IMG/VR virus record: IMGVR_UViG_3300026680_000001
Span: 7,089-71,088 of that record
Direction: 5' to 3' (one strand)
Origin: a virus
DNA length: 64,000 nucleotides
The notes beneath the pieces are model-generated. The model was not told where the DNA came from and searched no databases. It was given only the letters and a program-made list of their open reading frames with translations. Made by a program: the position numbers and the translations under genes. Shown here in pieces: positions 9,175-18,093 of the stretch (the stretch's first letter is position 1; every line of letters starts with the position of its first letter).

Positions 9175-9402
9175 ATGAATGAATGGGTTCTCTGGGGGTT
9201 CCACCCCAGATACGCCGACGGCGAACCAATCAAGATAACCGGCGGTGGTATCCGTCGTTGCCGAACAGAGCAACGCTGGCGTATCGACTGCGAGGGTGGT
9301 TGGACCTGTGCGATTCACCGAGCGGGTACGTCGCCGGTCGGATTGCGTATTCAAGCGACGGCCGCACGTACCTATCGTGCCTTGTTGTACATGAGCCCAT
9401 AG
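9175..9402 (+). CDS. small hypothetical Cys-containing protein
   Basis: ATG immediately after upstream TGA (ATGAATG); ends 14 nt before next predicted start. Confidence 0.3.
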   Translation: MNEWVLWGFHPRYADGEPIKITGGGIRRCRTEQRWRIDCEGGWTCAIHRAGTSPVGLRIQATAARTYRALLYMSP

Positions 9403-9416
9403 CGGGGGTTATTACA

Positions 9417-10295
9417 ATGGCCTCGTCCGGACGTGGTGCGTACCCGCTCTGGTCACCACGCCGCCGGCCGCAGCTGGTCGAGCCGTCGATCTTCGCGCCG
9501 GCACAGTCACGGGTGTTGGCCGACCACGTCATCGGGCCCATTCCCACCTTGCGTGCCGAGCCGTGCCGCGGGGCCGTGCTGCTGCGCCTGACCTGGCCGC
9601 AGGTCCGGACGGCACACCTGATTCGGCTGGAACCGGATGGAACGCAGACCACCGTCTCCGCCACCGAGGGGGTCATGGTCTGTGGTACTTGGGTCGGCCT
9701 GGACCACGAGGTTCCTTTAGATCAGGCATGTGTCTGGCGGGCCACGTCGCCCGAGTCACAGGAGGTTCTGACGACCCCGGAGGCCATTGGCGTTCCGTCC
9801 GGGGGCCGTGCCTGGTTGCGTCACCTGAGCCGACCGGGGTTGAGCCGACCGATCCGGGTGGCCATCCGGCCAACCCAGCGCAGGGCCGCTCGACGGGGGA
9901 TCTATTACTTGGCTGGGAGGCCGGACCCGATGGTCGTGACCGATCTCCGGGCCGGTGACGAGGGGTCGATGGGGATCTATGTCGAATCGGACATCGAGAG
10001 CGTAGCCATACGGGCATTGCTCGCTGACGGGTCCGTCCTGCTCCTGTCTTGTCCGGCCGCGTGGACCGGACCCCGCCAGTTGTACATCAGTCCCGGGGAC
10101 GTGGACCTCACCCCGGCCGCCCGGGTGGTCACCGAGGCGGGCGAATATATGACCCTGCCGTATGTGGTGGTGCAACGCCCTGACCTACCGGCGGTGTCCA
10201 CTCCCGGCGCCACCTGGGCCGATGTATCCCGGCTGGGTTCGTGGGACGAGCTGGCCGGGCGACCCTGGGACGACCTACTCGTCCCAGGATGGTGA
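9417..10295 (+). CDS. putative minor tail protein
   Basis: ATG 9417 with GGGGG RBS 8 nt upstream; long ORF in tail operon. Confidence 0.4.
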   Translation: MASSGRGAYPLWSPRRRPQLVEPSIFAPAQSRVLADHVIGPIPTLRAEPCRGAVLLRLTWPQVRTAHLIRLEPDGTQTTVSATEGVMVCGTWVGLDHEVPLDQACVWRATSPESQEVLTTPEAIGVPSGGRAWLRHLSRPGLSRPIRVAIRPTQRRAARRGIYYLAGRPDPMVVTDLRAGDEGSMGIYVESDIESVAIRALLADGSVLLLSCPAAWTGPRQLYISPGDVDLTPAARVVTEAGEYMTLPYVVVQRPDLPAVSTPGATWADVSRLGSWDELAGRPWDDLLVPGW

Positions 10296-10301
10296 ACGAC
10301 G

Positions 10302-11429
10302 ATGCTCACTCCCGGTGGTGACCTGGATCAATTCCTCGGGGCTTTGCGGCGCAGCCACGGCTTCGTGACGCGGGTCACCCCCTACTACGGCGGGGTCCCC
10401 GGTCCGCCGGTTCCACTGGCGTCGGGGGAGATCAGCGTCGCGGCCGGGCAGCGCAGCCGGCGAACCATGACCGCCACCGTGGACCCCCGACTCGTCCCCC
10501 GACAGCCGGGCGACCCCACGAGCCCGTTCGGGACGGAGTGGCGCGTCGAGTGGGGACTGGTCCAGGACCAACGCACGGGCCCGGACCAGTGGGTAGACGT
10601 GTTCTACGGGCGGGTGGTCACCGCCGATGACCTGTCCCCGGGCGGCGAGGTGCGGGTAGAACTCGCGGACAACGCCGCCCGGGTCGTCGAGGGCCGGTTC
10701 CTGTCTCCGGAGTCGTCCCGGGACGGGTACTCCGTCGGCGCGGAGATCAGCCGACTGATCGGCGACATCGACCCGGGCGCGACCGTCACGTTCGACGACC
10801 GGCTTTCGCCGCAGGTCCCGGTCGGGTATCACTTGTGGTTCCCGGACCGGGACCAGGCGGTGGACGACATCTGTGCCGCCATCGGAGCCACGTGGCACGC
10901 ACGGCCCACGGGACCAACCGGGTCATACCACGTGGCTCCGGTCCCGTCCACGGACGGTGACTTGATTCCCTGGGAGATCAATGACGGAGCCGATGGGGTG
11001 GTGGTGTCCACGGCCCGCCGGCAGTCACGGGAGATGACCTACTCCGCAGTGGTCGTGGAAGGTCAGGGGCCGAACAACGAGCCTGTCCGAGGGGTGGCCA
11101 TCGATGACGATCCATCATCACCCACGTTCTACTTTGGCCCCTTCGGGCGTAAGCCCCGGCACGTCAACTCGCCGAGCGTGACGACCACTGAGCAGGCTAG
11201 GGATGCCGCACTCCGGTTCCTTGCCGAGTCTCGATCCATGGTCTGGTCCCGGTCCATCAGCTGCCCCCCGATGCCGCTGCTCGACGTGGATGACGTGGTG
11301 GTCGTGCGAGTCAACGGCGGGTACGAGGTCCACGTCGTAGACGCGATCCGGTCATTGCCGCTCGTGGCCCCGCCCGGTTCCGGCCTGTCCTCGATGACGA
11401 TCGAGACCCGGTCGTTGCGAGCGGGATAG
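10302..11429 (+). CDS. putative minor tail protein
   Basis: 375 aa ORF in tail operon, 6 nt after previous stop. Confidence 0.45.
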   Translation: MLTPGGDLDQFLGALRRSHGFVTRVTPYYGGVPGPPVPLASGEISVAAGQRSRRTMTATVDPRLVPRQPGDPTSPFGTEWRVEWGLVQDQRTGPDQWVDVFYGRVVTADDLSPGGEVRVELADNAARVVEGRFLSPESSRDGYSVGAEISRLIGDIDPGATVTFDDRLSPQVPVGYHLWFPDRDQAVDDICAAIGATWHARPTGPTGSYHVAPVPSTDGDLIPWEINDGADGVVVSTARRQSREMTYSAVVVEGQGPNNEPVRGVAIDDDPSSPTFYFGPFGRKPRHVNSPSVTTTEQARDAALRFLAESRSMVWSRSISCPPMPLLDVDDVVVVRVNGGYEVHVVDAIRSLPLVAPPGSGLSSMTIETRSLRAG

Positions 11430-11438
11430 GATCAAACG

Positions 11439-11684
11439 GTGACCGTCACAGAGGCCCGTGGGCTTCTTCTCCTGCTGCGGGCTAAGCCGACACTGCTCCC
11501 GCCCGCGCCGTTGGGCCTCGACCCACGTGCAATGGACCGTCGAGCCTACGATGAAGTCCATCCCTGCCTGGGTTGTGGGTCACTGGCGCATCTCGCCTAC
11601 GTCGCCGACTGCCAGCTTTACGGGTTCCGGTGGCTGGACCTGTGCTATGACTGCGCCGCCTCGGTTCGGGAGGCGAACAATTGA
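11439..11684 (+). CDS. small Cys-rich protein (HPCLGCGS...CYDC)
   Basis: 81-aa ORF; CxxC pairs; overlaps next start. Confidence 0.4.
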   Translation: MTVTEARGLLLLLRAKPTLLPPAPLGLDPRAMDRRAYDEVHPCLGCGSLAHLAYVADCQLYGFRWLDLCYDCAASVREANN

Positions 11685-12433
11685 CCGGCCCATCCTTGAA
11701 CGACGCCCTGATGCGGTTTATCACAGGGCCACGGATGCGGGTGTTCCGGGGCCGGGTCGTCGAGATCGTAGGCGACACCATCAAGGTCCAGCTCGGTGAT
11801 AACACGGAGATCGTGCGCGCGTACCGGCACATCGGCGTGCTGGCGGTGGGTGATTACGTAGACGTGGTCCAGTCCGGGAATCGTGGATATATCCTCGGCG
11901 TGCTGGACCCACCACAACCAGGCGTGATCGCCAACGGGTCTTTCGAACAAGCGGACGCGGGTGCTCAACCCCGTCACTGGCTGACCTACCACGTCTCGAC
12001 CCCGGCCTTGGTGGACGTACTCGCCACCCAGACCCGTGATGGCCAGCGAGCGCTACGGGTGACTTCAACCGCGTCCGGCGGCACACCGGGCATTGACAGC
12101 TACGTGTACTCAACCCCCGTGGGGGTCGCCCCCGATCAGTCGTATGCGTTGCGCGGCTGGGCGCAAGGTCCCGCTGGTTCCACGCAGACCATGGACGCGT
12201 ACTTGGGTGCGATGTGGTTCGCCACGGTCGAGGACCGGTATCCAACGGTCGTGGCCGCCAACTCGACGGCGGCCAGCGTAATCCCCGTACCCAACGGCGA
12301 GTGGACACCATTGGCCGGGTTTGTCACCGTCCCCGCCGGAGCTACCGGCATGTCCGTGTTCCTGCGTACCGTGTCCTCGACGGGGGAATCCGGCTCGGTG
12401 TTCTGGGATACCGTCGACGGTATCCAAACGTAA
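11681..12433 (+). CDS. minor tail protein with C-terminal carbohydrate-binding module (CBM_4_9-like)
   Basis: NGSFEQADAGAQPRHW motif and beta-sandwich-like C-terminal 150 aa typical of CBM4/9 galactose-binding-like fold. Confidence 0.5.
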   Translation: MTGPSLNDALMRFITGPRMRVFRGRVVEIVGDTIKVQLGDNTEIVRAYRHIGVLAVGDYVDVVQSGNRGYILGVLDPPQPGVIANGSFEQADAGAQPRHWLTYHVSTPALVDVLATQTRDGQRALRVTSTASGGTPGIDSYVYSTPVGVAPDQSYALRGWAQGPAGSTQTMDAYLGAMWFATVEDRYPTVVAANSTAASVIPVPNGEWTPLAGFVTVPAGATGMSVFLRTVSSTGESGSVFWDTVDGIQT

Positions 12434-12445
12434 TCCAAGGGCGGT

Positions 12446-13117
12446 GTGGTGCAGGTGGGATCGACCGGGCAGGGGTTACCGTATCCGACCAACTCGGACC
12501 GTCCAGACTACACCGGGAACTTGTACCAGGCGTTCTCCGCCGCCGAGCGACTGGCCGTGATGCGGTTCCCCAACACCACCACTCGGGCTCGACTGCTCCC
12601 CGAGCCTGCCGAAGGCATGCTCTGCTACCTGGCCGAGGAACGCCGGCTGGAGTCGTTCTGGAGTGGTAGGTGGGTCCCGGCTCCGGTAACCCATGTCGTA
12701 TCTGGTATCTCGCTGGTACAAACTCAGAGTCAGGATTTGCCGTCGGGGACTGATACCCGACTGGAGTGGGACACCGTAGTTAGCGGTTCCTTCACCCCGT
12801 CGATGTGGTCATCCGGGAACCCGTCCGTCGTTACCGTGCCGTACAGGGGGGTCTGGGGAATTTCCTCGTATTTCCGGATCGGCAGAGTCCTGACCGGCCG
12901 CAGGGTCGCCCGAATCAAAATCAACGGCACCGTTCAGGTGGCACGGGTGCGGGACTGGGACCCACGCGGGTACGAACATATGACCATTGGCTTCTCATAT
13001 CCGCTCAACCTGGGTGACCAGGTCGAAATCGAGGCCCGGCAGGCGTCCGGCTCCCCGGCCAAGATTGGCGAGTTCGAACCATCGCGGCTCACGGTCACCC
13101 TGCGGTATCCGGTATAG
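12446..13117 (+). CDS. putative receptor-binding/minor tail protein, paralog 1 of 3
   Basis: 223 aa; shares GLPYP N-terminus, W...W...W spacing and RLT(V/I)xLRYxV C-terminus with next two genes. Confidence 0.5.
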   Translation: MVQVGSTGQGLPYPTNSDRPDYTGNLYQAFSAAERLAVMRFPNTTTRARLLPEPAEGMLCYLAEERRLESFWSGRWVPAPVTHVVSGISLVQTQSQDLPSGTDTRLEWDTVVSGSFTPSMWSSGNPSVVTVPYRGVWGISSYFRIGRVLTGRRVARIKINGTVQVARVRDWDPRGYEHMTIGFSYPLNLGDQVEIEARQASGSPAKIGEFEPSRLTVTLRYPV

Positions 13118-13119
13118 GA

Positions 13120-13815
13120 GTGATACCCCCCATGCCCGAGACCCCCATACTGGGCATCCCAGTCCCGGACCCCGACGACTCAGCCGCCGGCCCTGTGGAC
13201 TTACGGAGGGCACTGGAGGTATTGGAACTGTACCTGGTCGGGGACTGGCCGAACCTCACAGCCCAACAACGCCTGCAACCCGCACCACCTGATGGGGCCA
13301 TAGCATGGTTTGGCAACACCAGTCGGCATGAGCTGCGCCGTGGTGGCGCGTGGGAACACCTCAGCGGCGCTTCGGTGGTCGACGCGCACCTGGTTCGTTC
13401 TCCCGGCCAATTCATCCCTGGATGGCGAACCACGCCCATATCCTGGTCTAGTACCAGTTTCGGCACCCGCGCGGTCCAAGACATGTGGACGGTCACAGCA
13501 CCCACGAAGATCACCATTCCCAGGTCTGGGCTCTACGGGGTTCGGGTCGCCTGCCCGCTAATCCGGTTCTCCGGTTCCGGGTCAGGCCGGGTCCGCCTCG
13601 CGGTTAGAGTCAACGGGGAGTCCAAGTGGCGGGTCGCGGACAGCCGGCAGACTTCTACCGCGGCGGGGGACAACTACGTGTCGGTCACCTACGAGGACAA
13701 CTTGGCTTCGGGTGACTATCTGGTCATCGAGGCATACCACGAGGTCGACACTGGATTGGGTACTGGTAACGGGCCGTTCGCCCGGCTCGCCGTGGTCCTG
13801 CGAGCTACCACATGA
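13120..13815 (+). CDS. putative receptor-binding/minor tail protein, paralog 2 of 3
   Basis: 231 aa; alignable to 12446 and 13837 ORFs. Confidence 0.5.
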   Translation: MIPPMPETPILGIPVPDPDDSAAGPVDLRRALEVLELYLVGDWPNLTAQQRLQPAPPDGAIAWFGNTSRHELRRGGAWEHLSGASVVDAHLVRSPGQFIPGWRTTPISWSSTSFGTRAVQDMWTVTAPTKITIPRSGLYGVRVACPLIRFSGSGSGRVRLAVRVNGESKWRVADSRQTSTAAGDNYVSVTYEDNLASGDYLVIEAYHEVDTGLGTGNGPFARLAVVLRATT

Positions 13816-13836
13816 AACAACGGAGGTATCCACGTC

Positions 13837-14520
13837 GTGGGTGAGACCCCGCTGCTCCGGCTCCCGTATCCAGATGGACCCGAGGGAATCGATCCGGATA
13901 TCGCGTTGCGACGGGCCATGGAGGCCGTCGAGCGCCGATCAGTGATGGTCTTCTCGGACGAGACGGCGAGAGCCGCTGGACTCGTCCATCCCGTGGACGG
14001 GATGGTGACGGGGCTGCGGAACCGTCGGCGGCATGAGGTGTTCCTGAACGGTGCCTGGTCCACGCTGCTGCCCAGCACCGCCGTGGTGCTGTCCCGGGCC
14101 GGGGTCGGGCAGAGTATCCCGCACAATGTCTGGACCCCGGTCCAGTGGGACACCGAGGACCCCACGTTCACGACGGATGCAGTCATATGGTCGGCCGGGG
14201 CACCCAGTGTGGTCGCGATCCCCTGGACAGGGGACTATGGGGTTACGGCGACCCTCGGGCTGGCCGGGAACGTGACCGGCCGCCGGTCCATCGCCGTCGC
14301 CGTGACCCGTGCTGGGGTGACGACCCGTACCCATGTCGATGCCCAGAACCCCCCACCGGCCGGAGCTGACATCGCCCACCTGAACATCGACACGGATATT
14401 GGCCTGTTCGCGGGTGACACCGTAGCCATTCATGTCTTGCAGACCTCGGGGGTTCCGTTGTTGACTGATACATCCGAGACCATTCCGAGACTCACGATCG
14501 ACCTACGGTACGTGGTCTAG
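13837..14520 (+). CDS. putative receptor-binding/minor tail protein, paralog 3 of 3
   Basis: 227 aa; LRLPYPDG N-term, RLTIDLRYVV C-term; alignable to the two upstream genes. Confidence 0.5.
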   Translation: MGETPLLRLPYPDGPEGIDPDIALRRAMEAVERRSVMVFSDETARAAGLVHPVDGMVTGLRNRRRHEVFLNGAWSTLLPSTAVVLSRAGVGQSIPHNVWTPVQWDTEDPTFTTDAVIWSAGAPSVVAIPWTGDYGVTATLGLAGNVTGRRSIAVAVTRAGVTTRTHVDAQNPPPAGADIAHLNIDTDIGLFAGDTVAIHVLQTSGVPLLTDTSETIPRLTIDLRYVV

Positions 14521-14809
14521 GTTAACGGAATAGCTCCCACACCAGGATTACCAGCCGTAACACACCGGTAGTTGGTGGGGTCCGTTATTATCAGTCGTCA
14601 GCATCATCGCACGTCGCGATAGTAGTGGCGTTCCGCATGTCTGTCGCAGCTTGCTCGTATTTCGCCTTCGCTGCCAACCGTTGAAGCTCCATCCGCACCA
14701 TGTCATCGGTCAGCCGCTTCGATGTAACAAGCTGTCAGGGGTGCGGGGCACTTTCGTTTGCCATTTCGGTTACCTCCTGTGTGTTTCTGTATGACAGATA
14801 GTCATTCAT

Positions 14810-14848
14810 GACCACTCGACTACCGACCCGGACGGTAGTCGAGTGGTC
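14810..14848. terminator. strong 16-bp perfect hairpin (GACCACTCGACTACCG / CGGTAGTCGAGTGGTC) at convergence point of rightward tail operon and leftward block; candidate bidirectional terminator
   Basis: Perfect inverted repeat with 7-nt loop in a 390-bp lower-GC non-coding gap. Confidence 0.45.
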
Positions 14849-14912
14849 AGTGTTGACCTCCTAGTACAGGCAATCGCATACTGACACGAGTTCGCGCTTG
14901 TCCCGTCGCCCC

Positions 14913-15170
14913 TCATATCGGTCCATCTTCGTAGAAATGGTTATGGTCGGCTGTCCATTCAAGGGTCCACTTGTCTTGGTAGGCATAGCAGTCATATGGT
15001 GGAATGTATTGGCCCAGGCCATGCCACGTACATACCTTGCCTGGATCGTGCTTCACGAGGTCGGGCCGACAATCGCTTAGCCAGTGCCGGGCACCATCGG
15101 TCTCGTAACCGTTCAGGACGTAGGTTCCACAAAGGCAGCATTGGTGACAGTCATAATCACCTAATCTCAT
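14913..15170 (-). CDS. Cys-rich hypothetical protein
   Basis: ATG at 15170 with GGGGGAG RBS 9 nt upstream; multiple CxxC/CC motifs. Confidence 0.4.
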   Translation of the reverse strand: MRLGDYDCHQCCLCGTYVLNGYETDGARHWLSDCRPDLVKHDPGKVCTWHGLGQYIPPYDCYAYQDKWTLEWTADHNHFYEDGPI

Positions 15171-15172
15171 GG

Positions 15173-15394
15173 TTACTTGCTCCCCCGTCGTCCCCGGATG
15201 ATGATTGCAACCAGGCTTGGCGAGCATCCAACAGCAGCAGCGAGAACGTCATATTTCCATCGGTCCGGGTCCTCGTCACGGAGCTGGCGGATCAACTGGT
15301 CCCGTTGGTCCCGGTGAGCCCTAGCCAACCCATCGGCATCATCTGCCATCCGGTGATGTTTTCGGGCCTCACGGGCTCGTCGGTCACTCATCAC
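15173..15394 (-). CDS. small HTH DNA-binding protein
   Basis: 73 aa; VLAAAVGCSPSLVAIIIRG helix-turn-helix-like segment; start overlaps upstream gene. Confidence 0.4.
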   Translation of the reverse strand: MMSDRRAREARKHHRMADDADGLARAHRDQRDQLIRQLRDEDPDRWKYDVLAAAVGCSPSLVAIIIRGRRGSK

Positions 15395-15858
15395 GCACCA
15401 CCGTCGCTGGTGGTTCGGTAGAGGTGGCCGTGGCGCAAGAGCTGGTCAATGGTGTCGGCCAAGGTTGGGGGCATGAGATCATTGAAACTGTCGGGACAGA
15501 GGATGGAACTGACCAAGATGGAGCACTTCGCGCGCGTGGCACCCGCCAATAGCCTGCGAAAGCCCTCAGCTTCTTCAACTCCAACCTGGACCCCAATACC
15601 GTCGACAACGATGAGATCGGAACTAGCTGTGGTGCTGATAACGTTACCGCTGCGGGTAAACACACCCAGATTTTTCAGGTCGTTCAGGGCAAACCAGAAC
15701 ACGTGCATGCCGGCCTCGGCCGCTTGCTGGCTTAGGCTCCGTAGTATGAACGTCTTGCCGGTGCCACGCGGTCCACAGACCATCAGGTTCTCTCGACGGC
15801 GAATCCATTCTAGTTTGCGTAATGTGTTCACATCAGTGAGGCACCGATTAGTCATCAT
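15391..15858 (-). CDS. IstB/DnaC-like AAA+ ATPase (helicase-loader-like)
   Basis: Walker A GPRGTGKTF and Walker B LIVVDGIG; short 155-aa form; no adjacent istA-like transposase. Confidence 0.6.
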   Translation of the reverse strand: MMTNRCLTDVNTLRKLEWIRRRENLMVCGPRGTGKTFILRSLSQQAAEAGMHVFWFALNDLKNLGVFTRSGNVISTTASSDLIVVDGIGVQVGVEEAEGFRRLLAGATRAKCSILVSSILCPDSFNDLMPPTLADTIDQLLRHGHLYRTTSDGGA

Positions 15859-16092
15859 GATTTGTCTCCAACTCCACGCACTTCCTCGTTACGTCGGCAG
15901 TTTCCCCTGCCATCGTTCGTGACCTCTCCCGTTATGCCAACGTTTCGCCTGACCTGGTGACCCGTACCGATGCTGAACCGGCGTCACCAGCCGGCCTATC
16001 GCTGGATGCCAATGGCCCATGCGATAAGCAACTCGCCAGGTCCCGCATCGGCGCGAGGATCATCCGGTCATCATGGGATGTTAGTTGGTTAG

Positions 16093-17739
16093 TCACAGGT
16101 CACCCCGGGAAAAGTCCGCGATCAGTGACGGGACCGTGGCATCCATACCGGCGATGTCGAGCATCCCGGCGTCGGACGGGTCCGCGATGCTGAACTCAGT
16201 GGCCGTCATCCCGACGACTGCGAGCCGGGCGTCGATCCCGGAAGCGTCCCGGTACTGGGCCAGTGCCTCGTGTGGGTGTATGGCTCCTGCCCAGGTCTCG
16301 TTGTCCGTGTAGATCACAAAGGTGTCAATTTCCAGATTGCGTTTCATGGCATAGATCATCGGCAGGGCACAGTCCGTGCCACCGAACGGCAGGCTGGACA
16401 CCGCACCCACGGCGTCGTCCAGCCGCTGTCGTGGGCTGATCGAGAGTGGGGTCAGTGTTGGACTCCCGCCACCCCACAGCCCACCGCAGTAACCACTGTC
16501 CGCACGGGTAAACCCCAAGATCACGTGCCGGGACTCGGTTGCCGCCGTGACCAGTGCCAGCGCCGCGCTGGCCTCCCGGCACGTGATCGGCATACCGCTG
16601 ATCTGTTGTCCCATGGACCCGGACACGTCCAGCGCCAGCAACATCCGCTCCCCGGATGGTTCCACGGCCCCGAACGATGCATAGAACGCCTCGTCCAGCG
16701 CGTCGACGATGATCCGCGACGGAGTCCAGCTGGTCGCGCCTCGTGCGCTATGCCCAGAGGCGTAGGTCCGCTGCGCCAACAGTACGGAGATCGGATGCAC
16801 GCGCGCCTGACGCAGCCGCTCCGGACTGGTCAATTGCACGGCTACCGCCGTGGCACGGTGCCCAAACGGGTCGAGCAGACCCAGCCTGGTCAGCCGGGGC
16901 AGTTGCCGTATCAGCGCGGTCTGCGGCATGTCGGCGTCTAACAACGCCTCCCACACCACCGGCTCGGCCAGTGCCGAGTCTGGAAGCATCTCCCAGGACA
17001 AGCCAACCCCATCAGTGATCATTCGGGCCACTTCGCGAGGTGAAGCGGTCTGGGCGCGGGTGAACGCCTCAACCAGGTAGAGACCATTCGATGACGTGAA
17101 GTTGCCACACGGCTCACAGATCCAGCTGAACAGCTCGTCTCGTGCCTCGGAGTCGGGTACGGGATGGGCGAGCCGGAGCAGGTCCCGGTGCGTCCAACCC
17201 TCCCGGTTCCGGTACTTGACCACCTGGTATTCCAGGTCATGGACAGACTTGTTCAGGTACCAGTTCGATACCGCTCGACGCATTCCCCGACCCCAGCCAC
17301 GGAACTGCTCGACGTACCTGACGAACGTGAACAGGTGCGTTCCGGTGCGGGCCACGGCAGGCAACGCCACCAGTGCGGCCCTGCGACCGTGGTTGTCGCC
17401 GAGTGAGGCCACAGCCGCGAGCGCGAACAGTGCCGGTCCCTGGCGTGGTGCCCGGCCAGCGATGGATATCTCCACGATCGCACGAACCAGGTCGAGAGGC
17501 CGGTCGCGGGCCATGTCGAGTACGATGCCCGCGTTGTCCTTGGCCAGTTCACTGGCCCCGACGTAGTACGTGCCGCCATCCACGCCGAGGGTCAGGAAGC
17601 GTTGTAGCCGTGCGTCGTCGGTGATTCCGAAGGTGAACCCGCCGGCACTGTTCTTGACCTGGTCAGGGTGGGCCGGTTCGTTCTGTGGGGTCGTGAGGTT
17701 CCGAGTCCGGATCGCTACCAGTGGGTCCGTCTTGGTCAT
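16093..17739 (-). CDS. rsr: Ro60/Rsr ortholog (TROVE domain + C-terminal vWA domain)
   Basis: 549 aa from ATG 17739 (AAGGAG RBS); N-terminal TROVE-like region; C-terminal vWA with MIDAS motif DVSGSM; size and architecture match bacterial Rsr. Confidence 0.75.
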   Translation of the reverse strand: MTKTDPLVAIRTRNLTTPQNEPAHPDQVKNSAGGFTFGITDDARLQRFLTLGVDGGTYYVGASELAKDNAGIVLDMARDRPLDLVRAIVEISIAGRAPRQGPALFALAAVASLGDNHGRRAALVALPAVARTGTHLFTFVRYVEQFRGWGRGMRRAVSNWYLNKSVHDLEYQVVKYRNREGWTHRDLLRLAHPVPDSEARDELFSWICEPCGNFTSSNGLYLVEAFTRAQTASPREVARMITDGVGLSWEMLPDSALAEPVVWEALLDADMPQTALIRQLPRLTRLGLLDPFGHRATAVAVQLTSPERLRQARVHPISVLLAQRTYASGHSARGATSWTPSRIIVDALDEAFYASFGAVEPSGERMLLALDVSGSMGQQISGMPITCREASAALALVTAATESRHVILGFTRADSGYCGGLWGGGSPTLTPLSISPRQRLDDAVGAVSSLPFGGTDCALPMIYAMKRNLEIDTFVIYTDNETWAGAIHPHEALAQYRDASGIDARLAVVGMTATEFSIADPSDAGMLDIAGMDATVPSLIADFSRGDL

Positions 17740-17956
17740 GCAAATCTCCTTCCGGCCCGTTACCGGGCAATGGAAAGACCCCCACGGTCCGGGCGAGAAA
17801 TTCAAGACTGGCCATGGGGGTGGGTAGCCAGTCCTCCGGACCGTGGGGGTCCGTCTGTGGCCTACGGGCAAGTTGGTGGCATCCGGGGATCACCATTCGC
17901 AGAGGTAACCGAACACCGTCCAGCCCGTAGGTCGTGCGGGGCAACAACGATGGAGT

Positions 17957-18093
17957 GAGGCGGACGGGCAAGGTGTGCGTGCCGGGTTTCAGCGCTCTGC
18001 CAGCTGAGCTACACGGTCAATGCCGTGACGGGACTCGAACCCGCGACCTCTCCATTACAAGTGGTAACCGACTCGCTTCGGCCCGTCCGCCTC
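17957..18093 (-). ncRNA. Y-RNA-like (YrlA-like) RNA: 13-bp terminal stem enclosing a circularly permuted tRNA-like domain
   Basis: Perfect inverted repeat GAGGCGGACGGGC (17957-17969) / GCCCGTCCGCCTC (18081-18093); on minus strand T-arm GCGGG-TTCGAGT-CCCGT, then acceptor-like hairpin CACGG-cattga-CCGTG, then D-arm GCTC-AGCTGGCA-GAGC; 218 bp upstream of rsr, same strand. Confidence 0.5.

Noticed and set aside
14735-14764. The in-frame TGA interpreted as a selenocysteine codon
   Set aside because: There is no SECIS-like element at the expected spacing and no Sec machinery in the window. A uORF, re-initiation or a sequence error is more parsimonious.
15391-15858. An IS21-family insertion (IstB)
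   Set aside because: There is no istA transposase and no terminal inverted repeats. The short IstB/DnaC-like ATPase is more consistent with a phage helicase loader.
18025-18090. A canonical tRNA gene at the GGTCGCGGGTTCGAGTCC T-arm
   Set aside because: The D-arm-like sequence follows the T-arm rather than preceding it, no anticodon arm exists, and the acceptor strands do not pair as in a tRNA. I read it as a permuted tRNA-like module of a Y-RNA-like element.
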